DNA of 64,000 bases from an uncultured Kiloniellales bacterium (GTDB taxonomy: Bacteria > Actinomycetota > Acidimicrobiia > Spongiisociales > UBA5794): assembly GCA_964195155.1 (NCBI GenBank), contig CAXMOP010000021.1:7007-71006 (forward strand), read 5' to 3'. The translations under genes were made by a program, and so were the position numbers. Shown here in pieces: positions 26,641 through 36,325 of this stretch (the stretch's first letter is position 1; each line of letters starts with the position of its first letter). The notes beneath the pieces are model-generated. The model was not told the origin of the DNA and searched no databases. It saw nothing but the letters and a program-made list of their open reading frames with translations.

Positions 26641-28928
26641 AAGACTTGCGTGATGTCGTCCGACGGATGGAACTGCATGGCCTCACGGATCGAGTCCGGC
26701 AACTCGTCGAGATCATCGGCGTTGCGGACGGGGAGGATCACCTCATCGAGGCCGGCCCGGTGCGCGGCAAGCACCTTCTGCTTGACCCCTCCGATCGGCA
26801 GCACCCTTCCCTGCAGGGTCAGCTCCCCGGTCATCCCGACCGTGTCCCTGACCTTCCTGCCCGTGAACAGGCTGACCAGGGCCGTCGTCATCGTGATACC
26901 GGCAGAAGGCCCGTCCTTCGGGATTGCCCCCGCAGGCACATGGAGGTGAATCGCCTGGTCGAGCTGATCGGCATCGATGCCGAGCTCGGCTGCGTTGGAA
27001 CGGACGTACGACAAGGCGATCTCGGCGGATTCCTTCATCACGTCTCCGAGCTGGCCGGTCACGGTGAGCTCGAGATTGCCCGGCATCGCTGATGCCTCGA
27101 CGAACAGCACGTCACCACCGGCACCGGTGACGGCGAGTCCGGTTGCTACGCCTGGCACCCGGGTGCGATCTCCCGCCTCGTCCCGGAACACGGTCGGCTT
27201 GCCGAGCAGGTCGACCAGTTCGGTCTCCGTGACGTCGACGGTGACGGTGTCGTCGGTGGCGATCTTCATCGCGCTCTTCCTCGCCAGCTTCCCCAGGGTG
27301 CGCTCGAGCCCGCGTACTCCGGCTTCCCGGGTGTAGCTCTCGATGATCGTGGCCAGCGCCTCGTCGGACACGGTGACCTCGTCGGATTCGAGCCCGACGC
27401 CGCGTAGCTGCCTCGGGAGCAGGTGGTCGCGGGCAATGTCGACCTTCTCCTGGTCGGTATATCCGTCCAAGCGGATCACCTCGGTACGGTCGAGGAGCGG
27501 TCCGGGGATCGACTCGATCACATTCGCCGTGCCGATGAACAGCACGTCAGAGAGGTCGAGATCGAACTCCAGATAGTGATCGCGGAAGGTGTGGTTCTGT
27601 GCAGGATCGAGCACCTCGAGCAGCGCCGAGGACGGATCTCCCCGCCAGTCGGCCCCAACCTTGTCCATCTCGTCGAGGAGAAACACCGGGTTCATCGAAC
27701 CGGCATCGGCAAGGGCTCGCGCAATTCGGCCCGGCCGCGCCCCGACATAGGTGCGGCGGTGACCGCGTACCTCGGCCTCATCGCGAATGCCGCCGAGGCT
27801 GACCCTGACGAACTCGCGGCCGAGCGCGTGCGCCACCGACTCCCCAAGGGAAGTCTTTCCCACCCCGGGAGGGCCCACCAAGAGCAGGATGGCGCCGCCT
27901 CCGCGCCGGTCGTCGGTGGAGTCTTCAACGCCGCGCTCCTTGCGCAGCTTTCGCACCGCGAGGTGTTCCACGATGCGCTCCTTGACGTCGCTCAACCCCG
28001 TGTGATCGGCGTCGAGGACGTCCCTGGCCTCGCCGAGGTCGAGGTGGTCGGTGGTGTGGACACCCCACGGCAGCTCGAAAACGGTGTCGAGCCAGGTACG
28101 CACCCAGCCCACCTCAGGGCTCTGGTCGTTCATCCGCTCCAGCCGATCGATCTCGCGTTCGACCGCCTCGGCGACGGTCTCGGGGAGGTCGGTTTCGGTG
28201 AGCTTCTGGCGGTATTCACCGACGACGGATTCGGACTCCTCGCCGAGCTCCTTGCGCAGCGACTCCATTTGCTGTCGGATGATGAACTCGCGCTGGGTCT
28301 TGTCGATGCGCTCGGTAGCGTCTTCGCGGACACGGCGGCGCAATTCGATGTCGGCAAGGACGGCGTTCATCATGTCGAGCGCCAGCGTGATCCGTTCGTG
28401 GACGTCGGTCGTCTCCAGGACCTTGACCTTCTCGGCGGTGCTCAGGTCCGGAGAATGGACGAGGAGGTCCGCGAGCTGACCGGGGTCATCGGATGCGAGG
28501 ATTCGGTCGGCAATCCCGGCGATGCCGCGATGGTCGAGGATCTCGCTGACGACGGTGCGGAATTCTTCGGCAAGTGCCAGCGTTTCGTCGCTGTGCTCGA
28601 GGGGCTCGTCGACCGGCATCGCCTCCACCCAGAGCACCTCTCCGCTGCTTGGCTGGCCGGCGCCGATACGGGCGCGTGAGACCCCCGAGATCAGCGCGGT
28701 CGTGCCCTCTCCGGTGGACACCTCTTGGATCTCGGCGATCGTGCCGACGCTGGCATACTCGCCGTTGACCTGGGGGACGAGCAGTAAGCGACCGTTGCTG
28801 TTCTCGGCGGCCGCGATGGCCTGCTTGGCTTCGTCGGATTCGATGGTGACCGTGACCACCATATGTGGGAACACGACCCCGCTGCGGAGGGGAAGGACGG
28901 GCAGTGTTGTTGTTGTGAGGTCCGCCAT
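26616..28928 (-). CDS. lon: ATP-dependent Lon protease
   Basis: LON N-domain, AAA+ Walker [10 protein letters not shown], protease Ser motif [11 protein letters not shown]; ATG 28928 preferred over GTG 28952 that lies in repeat. Confidence 0.92.
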   Translation of the reverse strand: MADLTTTTLPVLPLRSGVVFPHMVVTVTIESDEAKQAIAAAENSNGRLLLVPQVNGEYASVGTIAEIQEVSTGEGTTALISGVSRARIGAGQPSSGEVLWVEAMPVDEPLEHSDETLALAEEFRTVVSEILDHRGIAGIADRILASDDPGQLADLLVHSPDLSTAEKVKVLETTDVHERITLALDMMNAVLADIELRRRVREDATERIDKTQREFIIRQQMESLRKELGEESESVVGEYRQKLTETDLPETVAEAVEREIDRLERMNDQSPEVGWVRTWLDTVFELPWGVHTTDHLDLGEARDVLDADHTGLSDVKERIVEHLAVRKLRKERGVEDSTDDRRGGGAILLLVGPPGVGKTSLGESVAHALGREFVRVSLGGIRDEAEVRGHRRTYVGARPGRIARALADAGSMNPVFLLDEMDKVGADWRGDPSSALLEVLDPAQNHTFRDHYLEFDLDLSDVLFIGTANVIESIPGPLLDRTEVIRLDGYTDQEKVDIARDHLLPRQLRGVGLESDEVTVSDEALATIIESYTREAGVRGLERTLGKLARKSAMKIATDDTVTVDVTETELVDLLGKPTVFRDEAGDRTRVPGVATGLAVTGAGGDVLFVEASAMPGNLELTVTGQLGDVMKESAEIALSYVRSNAAELGIDADQLDQAIHLHVPAGAIPKDGPSAGITMTTALVSLFTGRKVRDTVGMTGELTLQGRVLPIGGVKQKVLAAHRAGLDEVILPVRNADDLDELPDSIREAMQFHPSDDITQVLELALEKS

Positions 28929-28945
28929 GTGGCGTGTCCTTTCTT

Positions 28946-29019
28946 GAGTCACGAGTCACGAGTCGCGAGTCGCGAGCCAATCCCGCAATTCTCGCGACTC
29001 GCGACTGGCGACTCGCGTC
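28946..29019. repeat. heptad-repeat hairpin (GAGTCAC/GAGTCGC x4 ... CTCGCGACTCGCGACTGGCGACTCGCG)
   Basis: Inverted arms upstream of lon. Confidence 0.8.
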
Positions 29020-29177
29020 TTCTCTTTGGGTTGACTTGAACCGTAGGGCGAAATTCGGTATTCCCTGACGGTCCTGGGGCGTCGTCGGGATCGGTCCGAA
29101 ACTCTTGCGGAGCAACGGTTCTGGAATTCTGTCACACCCGGCCGGCACGATGTACCCATGAGGAAAGGAGAGCAGCG

Positions 29178-30152
29178 ATGATGGTGGTGTTGCTGACGAC
29201 GATTGTGTTGTTGACGGGGGCGGTGGCCGCGCTCGGCGTGGTGGTGCTCCGACAGCGGGAGGCCGAGGTTGCGTTGCCCGATGGGCTCAACGCCGATGTG
29301 CTGGAGCGTATCGCTCGGATGGAGGGTTCTCTCGATGGCCGGCTTCGGTCGCTCGACGGACGAGTCGATGGTGTGACCTCGATGTTCGCCAGCGCCCAGG
29401 GAAGGGGCGGCTGGGGTGAATTGTCGTTGCGTCAGGCCCTCGAGCATGCGGGATTGGTTGAGGACCGTGACTTCGCGTTGAACAAGGCGGCGGGCCATGA
29501 TGCGAATCGACCGGACGCAGTGATCAAGCTCCCCGATGGCCGTTTCCTGATCATCGATGCCAAGTTCCCCGTTGCCCGTTTCGCCGCTGCGTGTCGCACC
29601 GACGACGCGACGGAGCGGGCCCGGCTGATGGCTGAGCACGCTCGGGCGTTGACCGCAATGGCCAAGGATCTGAAGGCTCGCGGCTATCACGCCGCGGCGG
29701 CCGGCGGGTATGTCGTAATGTACCTGCCCGACGAGGGGCTGTATGTCGAAGCAATGCGAGCCCGACCCCAGCTTTGGGACGAGGTTCTCGGCGAACAGGT
29801 GCTGCTCGCCGGCCCCGCGACGTTGCTGGCGCTGCTCGGCGTCACCGCGCAGGTCATCAACGAGTACCGCGCCGTGGAAGCGGCACGCCAGATCGTTGCC
29901 GACACCAAGGAGCTCCAAACGCGTCTCGCCCGGTTCGCCAAACATCTCGGCGACGTTGGCAAGAAGCTCAACACCGCGGTCAACGGCTACAACTCGGCGG
30001 TCGGGTCGTGGGAGAGCCGGTTGGTACCGCAAGTCAGCAAGGTCGCCGGATACGGCACCGGCGGACCCGAGGTGCCCTCGGCGGCTGCCGTGGAAACACC
30101 GGTCCGTGAGATGACGAATGACGAAGAATCCCATCTCACCGTGGTGGGCTGA
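29178..30152 (+). CDS. rmuC: DNA recombination protein RmuC
   Basis: N-terminal TM, coiled coil, RmuC core (LPDGRFLIIDAKFP). Confidence 0.85.
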   Translation: MMVVLLTTIVLLTGAVAALGVVVLRQREAEVALPDGLNADVLERIARMEGSLDGRLRSLDGRVDGVTSMFASAQGRGGWGELSLRQALEHAGLVEDRDFALNKAAGHDANRPDAVIKLPDGRFLIIDAKFPVARFAAACRTDDATERARLMAEHARALTAMAKDLKARGYHAAAAGGYVVMYLPDEGLYVEAMRARPQLWDEVLGEQVLLAGPATLLALLGVTAQVINEYRAVEAARQIVADTKELQTRLARFAKHLGDVGKKLNTAVNGYNSAVGSWESRLVPQVSKVAGYGTGGPEVPSAAAVETPVREMTNDEESHLTVVG

Positions 30153-30295
30153 CCGAATCTCTGCGGTTACATGTCATGTCTTTGCGACGGTGCGACACCG
30201 CGTCTCGTCGAGGGTGGGGTATTCGTTTTTCCCCCCTGTTTCCCCCCTGAGGTGAACGGTCGCGCTGGGGTGCGACACTTGCCTCGGCGGCGCGG

Positions 30296-30548
30296 TTTCT
30301 TTGCCTCCCCCTCAGGGGGAGGTGCCGAGCGCCAGCGAGGCTGAGGGGGTCAAGGCGTTGTCGCGACCACGGTTTGACCCCCCTCCCCGCCTGCGGCGGG
30401 ACTCCCCCCTGGGGGGGAGCAACGAGAACGCCGCGGCGGTGAGCCCAACGATCGTCGTACTGTCGCGAAACACGACACCCTTAGGGGAGGCAAAGAAGTC
30501 GCCTCACAAGCGACGGGAGGAAACGGGCGGGGAGGGGGCTTAGCGCTG
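30296..30548. repeat. GC-rich multi-hairpin repeat, family C locus 1 (CCTCCCCCTCAGGGGGAGG...GGGGGTCAAGGCG...TTTGACCCCCC...GGGACTCCCCCCTGGGGGGGAG...)
   Basis: Shared with 39285-39605 and 59040-59400. Confidence 0.85.
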
Positions 30549-30599
30549 TCACCACAAGGCGTGGTAGCGCCCTACGGCTGCGTGATCGTTGGGCCGGAT

Positions 30600-31451
30600 T
30601 TACGCGATCCGGTCCTCGAGATCGTGCGGTGTCCAGCACTTCGTGCCGCCCGAAGCGACGGCGGCCGGCTTCTCGGCTTTGACGATCGCCGAGTGCATGC
30701 CTTCGGCCACCCGATGAGTCGGGGTGATGCTCACGTCGGCGAAGCCCGCCGCAGCCAGACCTTTCTCATACTCGGAGAAGGAAAGCGCACCAGCGATGCA
30801 GCCGACCCAGCTCCCCCGCTCCAAGCGCTGATCTGTTGTGAGGTGGTCCTCGGCAACGACGTCGCTGATCCCGATTCGGCCGCCCGGCCGCAACACGCGG
30901 AAGATCTCGGCGAACACCGCGGGCTTGTTCGCGGACAAGTTGATCACGCAGTTCGAGATGACCACGTCGACGGCGTCGGGTCCGAGTGGAATATCCTCGA
31001 TGTACCCCCTGAGAAACTCAACGTTCCTAGCGCCGGCCTCGTCGGCGTGGCTGCGGGCAAGATCGAGCATCTCGTCGGTCATGTCCAGGCCGTATGCAAA
31101 GCCGGTCGGGCCCACTCGCCGTGCCGATAGCAGGACATCAATGCCGGCACCCGAGCCAAGGTCGAGCACCGTCTCGCCCTCGACCAGAGCGGCAACCGCG
31201 GTCGGGTCGCCGCAGCCAAGGCTTGCCGCCCTGGCACCTTCCGGCACGGCGACGATGTCCCCGGATCGATACAGCGCCGAGCCGAAGTCGGCGTCGGTCG
31301 CTGGTGAACAGCAGCCGGGCTCGCAGCAAGACGCCGCGATTGCTGCTGCGGCGTAGCGCTCTCGGACGCGTTCGCGCACACGGTCGGTTATCGGTGGGTT
31401 CTCCGGCATCGACGTATTCATCGCCATCAATACGATACTACCAATACCCAT
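30600..31451 (-). CDS. arsM: arsenite S-adenosylmethionine methyltransferase
   Basis: SAM motif VLDLGSGAGID, ArsM Cys pairs (CCEPGCC, C in N-term). Confidence 0.8.
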   Translation of the reverse strand: MGIGSIVLMAMNTSMPENPPITDRVRERVRERYAAAAIAASCCEPGCCSPATDADFGSALYRSGDIVAVPEGARAASLGCGDPTAVAALVEGETVLDLGSGAGIDVLLSARRVGPTGFAYGLDMTDEMLDLARSHADEAGARNVEFLRGYIEDIPLGPDAVDVVISNCVINLSANKPAVFAEIFRVLRPGGRIGISDVVAEDHLTTDQRLERGSWVGCIAGALSFSEYEKGLAAAGFADVSITPTHRVAEGMHSAIVKAEKPAAVASGGTKCWTPHDLEDRIA

Positions 31452-31498
31452 CGATGACTGTCAATACGTTGCCCAGAATCACTGGTAGCCTGCGGTAT

Positions 31499-31828
31499 AT
31501 GGAGATCAAGGTCATTGAAGCCTGTTGCGATCCGGTGCTGATCGAGCCGCTGGCTGAGGGAGAGGCCAGCGAGCTCGCTTCCGGATTCAAGGTACTGGCG
31601 GACCCGGTCCGGCTCAGGCTGCTCAGCCTGGTCGCCAATGCCCCCGACGGCGAGCTGTGTGCCTGCGATGTGGTCGACACGATCGGACGCAGCCAGCCAA
31701 CGGTGAGTCATCACCTGTCGATCCTGGCCGGGGCAGGATTGCTGATCCGCGAACAGCGGGGGAAGTGGGCGTACTTCCGCGTCGACCCCGATCGGGTCGC
31801 CGTGTTACGGGACGCGCTCGCGATCTGA
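31499..31828 (+). CDS. arsR: ArsR/SmtB family metalloregulator
   Basis: HTH ...LVANAPDGELCACDVVDTIGRSQPTVSHHL with ELCxC metal site; divergent from arsM. Confidence 0.85.
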   Translation: MEIKVIEACCDPVLIEPLAEGEASELASGFKVLADPVRLRLLSLVANAPDGELCACDVVDTIGRSQPTVSHHLSILAGAGLLIREQRGKWAYFRVDPDRVAVLRDALAI

Positions 31829-31841
31829 GCGCGGCCGCCCT

Positions 31842-31954
31842 TAGGACGGTGATGAACAATGACGAGTGCTAGGGGCCGCCGCTTGCTCGGATGATCCGGT
31901 GACTTGGTTTCTCCCGACAGCAGCGGCCCGCTGGTGGATTGCTCACCACCCTCC
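31842..31954. repeat. family A TIR element copy 2
   Basis: TAGGACGGTGATGAACAATGACGAGTGC...GGATTGCTCACCACCCTCCTA. Confidence 0.8.
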
Positions 31955-32014
31955 TACGCGATTCTCATCGGCGTCGCAGCCGTTTCCGCTGCCGCCGCCA
32001 TATGCTCGGCCGCC

Positions 32015-32941
32015 ATGACACGCGCAGGAACGATCATTGCGGTCGGAGCACTGGTGCTCGCCGCCTGCGGGGGCGACAGCATCGCGGCGACCGTCAACGA
32101 CACCGAAATCACCACCGCCGACGTCGAAGGCTTACTCATCGAGATCTCCGACTTCGACCGTACGCCGCAACAGTTCGCCACCTTCCTCGGGCTGACCATT
32201 CAGTGGGAGGCCATTGACCAACGCGTCACCGATGAACTCGGGTTCGAACCCTCGGAGGAAGAGATCGACGCCGAGATCCGCAGGCTGGTCATCGACGCAG
32301 GCTTCCTCGACATACCGTCGTTTCTCGCCCAGCAGAACATCTCGGAGGCTGCGCTGCATCGCCTGGCGAGTCAGATCGCCATCGAGCAGCACCTCCACGA
32401 GTTGTTGGGTCCTGACGTAGAGGCACCGGGCGACCAAGAAGTTCAACAGGAGCTCGACGAGAGCCCCGAGCGCTGGGTCGAGGAAGTATGTGCGTCCCAC
32501 ATCCTGGTGGCCACCCTTGAAGAAGCCGAGGCCGCGCTGGTTCGCCTCGACGCCGGAGAGGATTTTGGCGACCTCGCTTCAGAGCTGTCGATCGACACCT
32601 CGAATGCGGAAAGTGGCGGCTCGCTCGGCTGCGCGGACCCAATCGGTTACGTGCCGGAGTTCGCCCTGGTGACGGCGACGGAACCGATCGGCGAAGTGGC
32701 CGGTCCGGTGGAGACCCAGTTCGGAGCTCACCTCATCCTGATTGAGTCGCGCCAGTCCACGCCATTCGAAGAGATCCGCGACGCCCTCAAAGAGCTGCGC
32801 ACGGTCGATGCGGTTTCCGATTGGCTGACCGAAGCCGTGAAGATGGCAGCGGTGACGGTCGACGAGTCCCGCGGCACCTGGGTCATCGAGCCCGAGCCCC
32901 ATGTGCAGCCTCCGCCTGAGCTCCGCGAGGACGAACAGTGA
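32015..32941 (+). CDS. parvulin-type peptidyl-prolyl isomerase lipoprotein (PrsA/SurA-like)
   Basis: Lipobox LAAC; PpiC block CASHILV...GGSLGC; last codons and TGA lie inside family A repeat. Confidence 0.75.
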   Translation: MTRAGTIIAVGALVLAACGGDSIAATVNDTEITTADVEGLLIEISDFDRTPQQFATFLGLTIQWEAIDQRVTDELGFEPSEEEIDAEIRRLVIDAGFLDIPSFLAQQNISEAALHRLASQIAIEQHLHELLGPDVEAPGDQEVQQELDESPERWVEEVCASHILVATLEEAEAALVRLDAGEDFGDLASELSIDTSNAESGGSLGCADPIGYVPEFALVTATEPIGEVAGPVETQFGAHLILIESRQSTPFEEIRDALKELRTVDAVSDWLTEAVKMAAVTVDESRGTWVIEPEPHVQPPPELREDEQ

Positions 32942-33032
32942 CGAGTGCCACGTCCGCCGCTTGCTCGGATGATCCGGTGCCTCGGTTTCTCCCGACCGCA
33001 GCCCCCGCTGCAGGATTGCTCACCCACCCTCC
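32927..33032. repeat. family A TIR element copy 3 (5' arm partly coding)
   Basis: GAGGACGAACAGTGACGAGTGCC...GGATTGCTCACCCACCCTCC. Confidence 0.75.
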
Positions 33033-33072
33033 GAGCAAGTACTACCCGGGGGCGATCGAATAGCCTGGCCGC

Positions 33073-33855
33073 ATGATCGAGGCCTATTTCGATAGGGACG
33101 AAGGCGATTGGTTTGTCCCGACCGATTATTCGCGGGGACCCTGGGTTGATGATGCATGCCATGCAGGACCGCCGACCGGCTTGCTGGCCCGTGCCATGGA
33201 GCAGATCGTCACCGACCAGCGAATGACGCGCATCACGGTGGAGCTCATGCGCCCGATCCCGATGCGGGGCTTCCGGGTGCTGGCATCGATGGTCAAGCTC
33301 GGCCGCTCGGCGAGCGTCACCGAGGCCGAATTGTCCGATGACGACGGCATCTACGCCCGGGCCCACGGCCTCCATATGCGCGAGCTCGACCATCTTGCGG
33401 TGTCGATCGCCGACGACCTTGCACCGGATTTCGAAGCGTCCGAGCCGGGACCATTCCCGATTCAGCCACCACATGGCCTTGCGGCGTTCAACGACTCGGT
33501 GGAGTGTCGCTACGACCCGTCCACCAGGCCGGGGGGCGGGCCGTCGACGATGTGGATGAGGACCAAGGTCCCTTTGCTGCAGGGTGAGAAACCAAGCCCG
33601 TTTCAGGCCATCTGCCCGCTGGCCGATTGTCTGAACGGCATTTCCTACAACGATCCGATCGAAGAGGTGTGGTTCGTCAACGCCGATCTCACGTTGTCGC
33701 TGCACCGCGATCCAACGGGTGAATGGTTCTGCGCACAAGCCGTGTCGCTGTGGGAGCCCTCCGGAATCGGCCTCGCCCACGCCGCGCTCTTCGACACCGA
33801 GGGTTCGGTTGGCAGGGCGACTCAGAATCTTCTCTTGAGCGCGATCGACGGCTAG
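33073..33855 (+). CDS. acyl-CoA thioesterase-family protein (4HBT_3/TesB-like)
   Basis: Double hot-dog organisation. Confidence 0.6.
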   Translation: MIEAYFDRDEGDWFVPTDYSRGPWVDDACHAGPPTGLLARAMEQIVTDQRMTRITVELMRPIPMRGFRVLASMVKLGRSASVTEAELSDDDGIYARAHGLHMRELDHLAVSIADDLAPDFEASEPGPFPIQPPHGLAAFNDSVECRYDPSTRPGGGPSTMWMRTKVPLLQGEKPSPFQAICPLADCLNGISYNDPIEEVWFVNADLTLSLHRDPTGEWFCAQAVSLWEPSGIGLAHAALFDTEGSVGRATQNLLLSAIDG

Positions 33856-34059
33856 GACTGCCCGCGGCAAACCGTCGGCGTCGACAGACATGACGACGAG
33901 ACTCGAACCGATCCGAGCGGATGGCAAGTGGCCGGGGTAGTCGACCATAGGATCACCGAGTGGCCGGTCGTCGTCGACCAGACCTTCTCAGAGGGAGCGC
34001 GGGAGGCAATGGGTCTTCCGTCGGACTAGATCGACTCACACGGTGCATCGCAGCGCGAG

Positions 34060-34872
34060 TTACAGCGGGATCTTCATTCCCTCGGTGCCGCCGGTCACGT
34101 GCGGGAAATGCTCGGCTGCGGCAGCGACGATGACGTCGATGTCGTCGTCGGTGTGGTCCGGGTCGTGGCTGGTGAGCACCAGTTCCGCAACTTCGGCGTT
34201 CTTGGCGGCTTGGACCGCGTGCTCCCAGGTGCTGTGGCCCCAGCCCACGCGGACCGGGTATTCGGCGGGCAGATACTGGGCGTCGTGGATGAGTACGTCG
34301 GCCCCCCTGGCGAATTCGGCGAGTCTCTGATCGGCCTCAGGCTCGCTCTCGTGATCGGTCGCGACCACGATGCTCCGCGTCGGGCCGTCAATCCGAAAAC
34401 CGGTGATCCCCTGGGGATGGTTGAGTGCCACAGAAGTGATCGACACTTGGCCGAATTCGATTGGTTCCGAAAAGTCGCGGAACGAGATGGTTGCAGGCGA
34501 ATCGACGAGCGCCGCTGGGAACCATGGCTGGGTCAAGACGCCAGCCAGGGTGGACCGTACATCGCCGACCGGCGTGTCGTGGCCGTGAAGGGTGAAGTTG
34601 TTTCCCGGCATCCAGACCGGGGAGAAGACGGGGATGCCTTGGATGTGGTCCCAGTGGTAGTGGGTCAGGAGCATGGTGAACTGGTGATCGTGATCCCGGC
34701 TCAGGCTGTGCTCGACATCGCGCAATCCGGTGCCGGCATCGATCAGCACACGGTGCCGAGGGTCTTGTGCGATCTCGAAGCACGTCGTGTTGCCACCGTA
34801 CTTTGCGTACTCGACGCCCGATACGGCCATCGATCCGCGCCCACCGTGGATGATGAATTGAGGTTCGGTCAC
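34060..34872 (-). CDS. MBL-fold metallo-hydrolase
   Basis: HYHWDH metal-binding motif. Confidence 0.8.
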   Translation of the reverse strand: MTEPQFIIHGGRGSMAVSGVEYAKYGGNTTCFEIAQDPRHRVLIDAGTGLRDVEHSLSRDHDHQFTMLLTHYHWDHIQGIPVFSPVWMPGNNFTLHGHDTPVGDVRSTLAGVLTQPWFPAALVDSPATISFRDFSEPIEFGQVSITSVALNHPQGITGFRIDGPTRSIVVATDHESEPEADQRLAEFARGADVLIHDAQYLPAEYPVRVGWGHSTWEHAVQAAKNAEVAELVLTSHDPDHTDDDIDVIVAAAAEHFPHVTGGTEGMKIPL

Positions 34873-34878
34873 TGGCTC

Positions 34879-35301
34879 TTACTCGCTGGTTGACTGGGTC
34901 TCCGTCAGACGGCGAGCAAGCTCGGCCATCACCTGGACGGCGATGTCCGGCTTGGAGTTGAGGAGTGCTCGAAAGTCCCACTTGGTGAGGCCGAGCACCT
35001 CGGTGTCGCTGGTCGCGGTGACGGTCGCGGTGCGAGCGGTGTCGTCGCTGAGGAGCGCAATCTCGCCGAAATAGTCACCGGGGCCGTAGGTGGCGACGAC
35101 GCTGCCGTCTCTGCTCACTTCTGCGGTGCCGGAGCCGAGCACGTAGAAGCCGACAGACCGATGGTCACCTTCCGCGATGATCGTGTCGCCGGTTTCGAAG
35201 GTGAGATCGCGTGCGGTGTCTGCGATTGCATTCAGCTGTTTCTTATTGAGGCCACTGAACAGCGGGGCGACCTTCAGCATCTCGACTTTGTCCATCGTCA
35301 C
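34879..35301 (-). CDS. cyclic nucleotide-binding domain protein
   Basis: cNMP phosphate-binding cassette GDYFGEIALL...RTATVTA. Confidence 0.85.
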   Translation of the reverse strand: MTMDKVEMLKVAPLFSGLNKKQLNAIADTARDLTFETGDTIIAEGDHRSVGFYVLGSGTAEVSRDGSVVATYGPGDYFGEIALLSDDTARTATVTATSDTEVLGLTKWDFRALLNSKPDIAVQVMAELARRLTETQSTSE

Positions 35302-35352
35302 TCCTTCGTTCGCGGGAACAATACCTGATGGCTCCTGCTCATGACTCCCCGC

Positions 35353-36210
35353 TCAGTCGTTGAGGGCGGCGGCAATGGCTGCGTATTTGTCGAGCTTGTC
35401 GATCACGACCTCGCGATCGACCGATGGCAATCCGAACACCACCCTGGTCACACCAAGGTCTCGCATCATCTCGAGTTGCTCGAGATCGCGCGGCGCCTGC
35501 CAGGCCGTCAGCTCCAACGAATTGGGATCGCGGCCGGCGGTTTCCATGGCGGCCCGAACTTCCCCGATCTTGCCGGCCATCTCGTGTCTGACGACGATCG
35601 GCATCCACCCGTCACAGAACTCGGCGATGTCGCGCATCGTCCTCGGGCCGGCGCCACCGCCGAGGATGATCGGCGGGTGCGGCTTCTGCGTTGGCTTCGG
35701 CCATTGCCAGGATGGCGTGATATCGACGTGGTCGCCGTGGTACTCGGCCTCGTCCTTCGTCCACAGCTCGATCATGGCCAGCACCTTCTCGCGCAGGATC
35801 GCCCGCCGGTCGGTGTAGGCGACGTGGTGATTGGCCAGCTCTTCTTTGTTCCACCCATATCCGATCCCGAACAGCACCCGCCCATTCGAGATCACGTCGA
35901 GTGAGGCCACCTGTTTGGCCAGCCACAACGGGTCGTGTTGGGCCACCAGGGTGATGCCCGTGCCCAGTTTGACCGTGTCGGTGACCGCGGCGCAGGCCGC
36001 CAGGGCGATGAGCTGGTCGTGCGTTCTCCAGTACATCTCGGGTAGCTCGGCGGCACCGTCGATGCCTCCCCATGGGGTCTTCCGTGAGATCGGGATGTGG
36101 CTGTGCTCGGGAAACCACAGAGACTCGAAACGGCGCGCCTCGACCTCCCTGGCCAGATCCACCGGCTGGATGGTCTTGTCGGTGGGAAAGATCGAGACGC
36201 CGATGTGCAT
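35353..36210 (-). CDS. LLM-class F420-dependent oxidoreductase
   Basis: MHIGVSIFPTDK...FESLWFPEH; ATG 36210 preferred (TTG 36246 lies in repeat). Confidence 0.8.
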   Translation of the reverse strand: MHIGVSIFPTDKTIQPVDLAREVEARRFESLWFPEHSHIPISRKTPWGGIDGAAELPEMYWRTHDQLIALAACAAVTDTVKLGTGITLVAQHDPLWLAKQVASLDVISNGRVLFGIGYGWNKEELANHHVAYTDRRAILREKVLAMIELWTKDEAEYHGDHVDITPSWQWPKPTQKPHPPIILGGGAGPRTMRDIAEFCDGWMPIVVRHEMAGKIGEVRAAMETAGRDPNSLELTAWQAPRDLEQLEMMRDLGVTRVVFGLPSVDREVVIDKLDKYAAIAAALND

Positions 36211-36300
36211 GCCAGTAGCTAAGTAGCTGAGTAGCCAAGTAGCCAAGTCCTGGTCAACGGCTTTCCTCTTTTCTTCGCTACTTCGCTACTTGGCTACTGC
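36211..36300. repeat. heptad-repeat hairpin (AGTAGCY x5 ... CTACTTSG x4)
   Basis: Inverted arms in divergent promoter region. Confidence 0.75.
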
Positions 36301-36309
36301 CTACTATCG

Positions 36310-36325
36310 TCGAACGTATGTTCGA
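36310..36325. promoter_or_regulatory. LexA/SOS box TCGAAC-GTAT-GTTCGA (inside 15-bp perfect IR 36301-36334), overlapping helicase start codon
   Basis: Exact match to actinobacterial LexA consensus TCGAAC-N4-GTTCGA. Confidence 0.65.

Noticed and set aside
28929-28952. GTG 28952 as the lon start (and TTG 36246 as the LLM start)
   Set aside because: Both lie inside heptad repeats. The conserved N-termini begin at the downstream ATGs (28928 and 36210).
30301-30543. ORFs reading PPPQGEVPSASEAEGVKA... (also 39239-39781, 59102-59380 and 59215-59670)
   Set aside because: These are translations of the family C repeat in several copies and frames, not genes.
30541-30600. tRNA-like D-arm sequence GGCGTGGTAGCGCC
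   Set aside because: There is no matching anticodon or T-arm and no acceptor stem or CCA context.
31094-31498. Upstream 135 codons of the 244-aa ORF containing arsR
   Set aside because: Arg/Pro-rich and antisense to arsM. ArsR begins at ATG 31499 (MEIKVIEACC).
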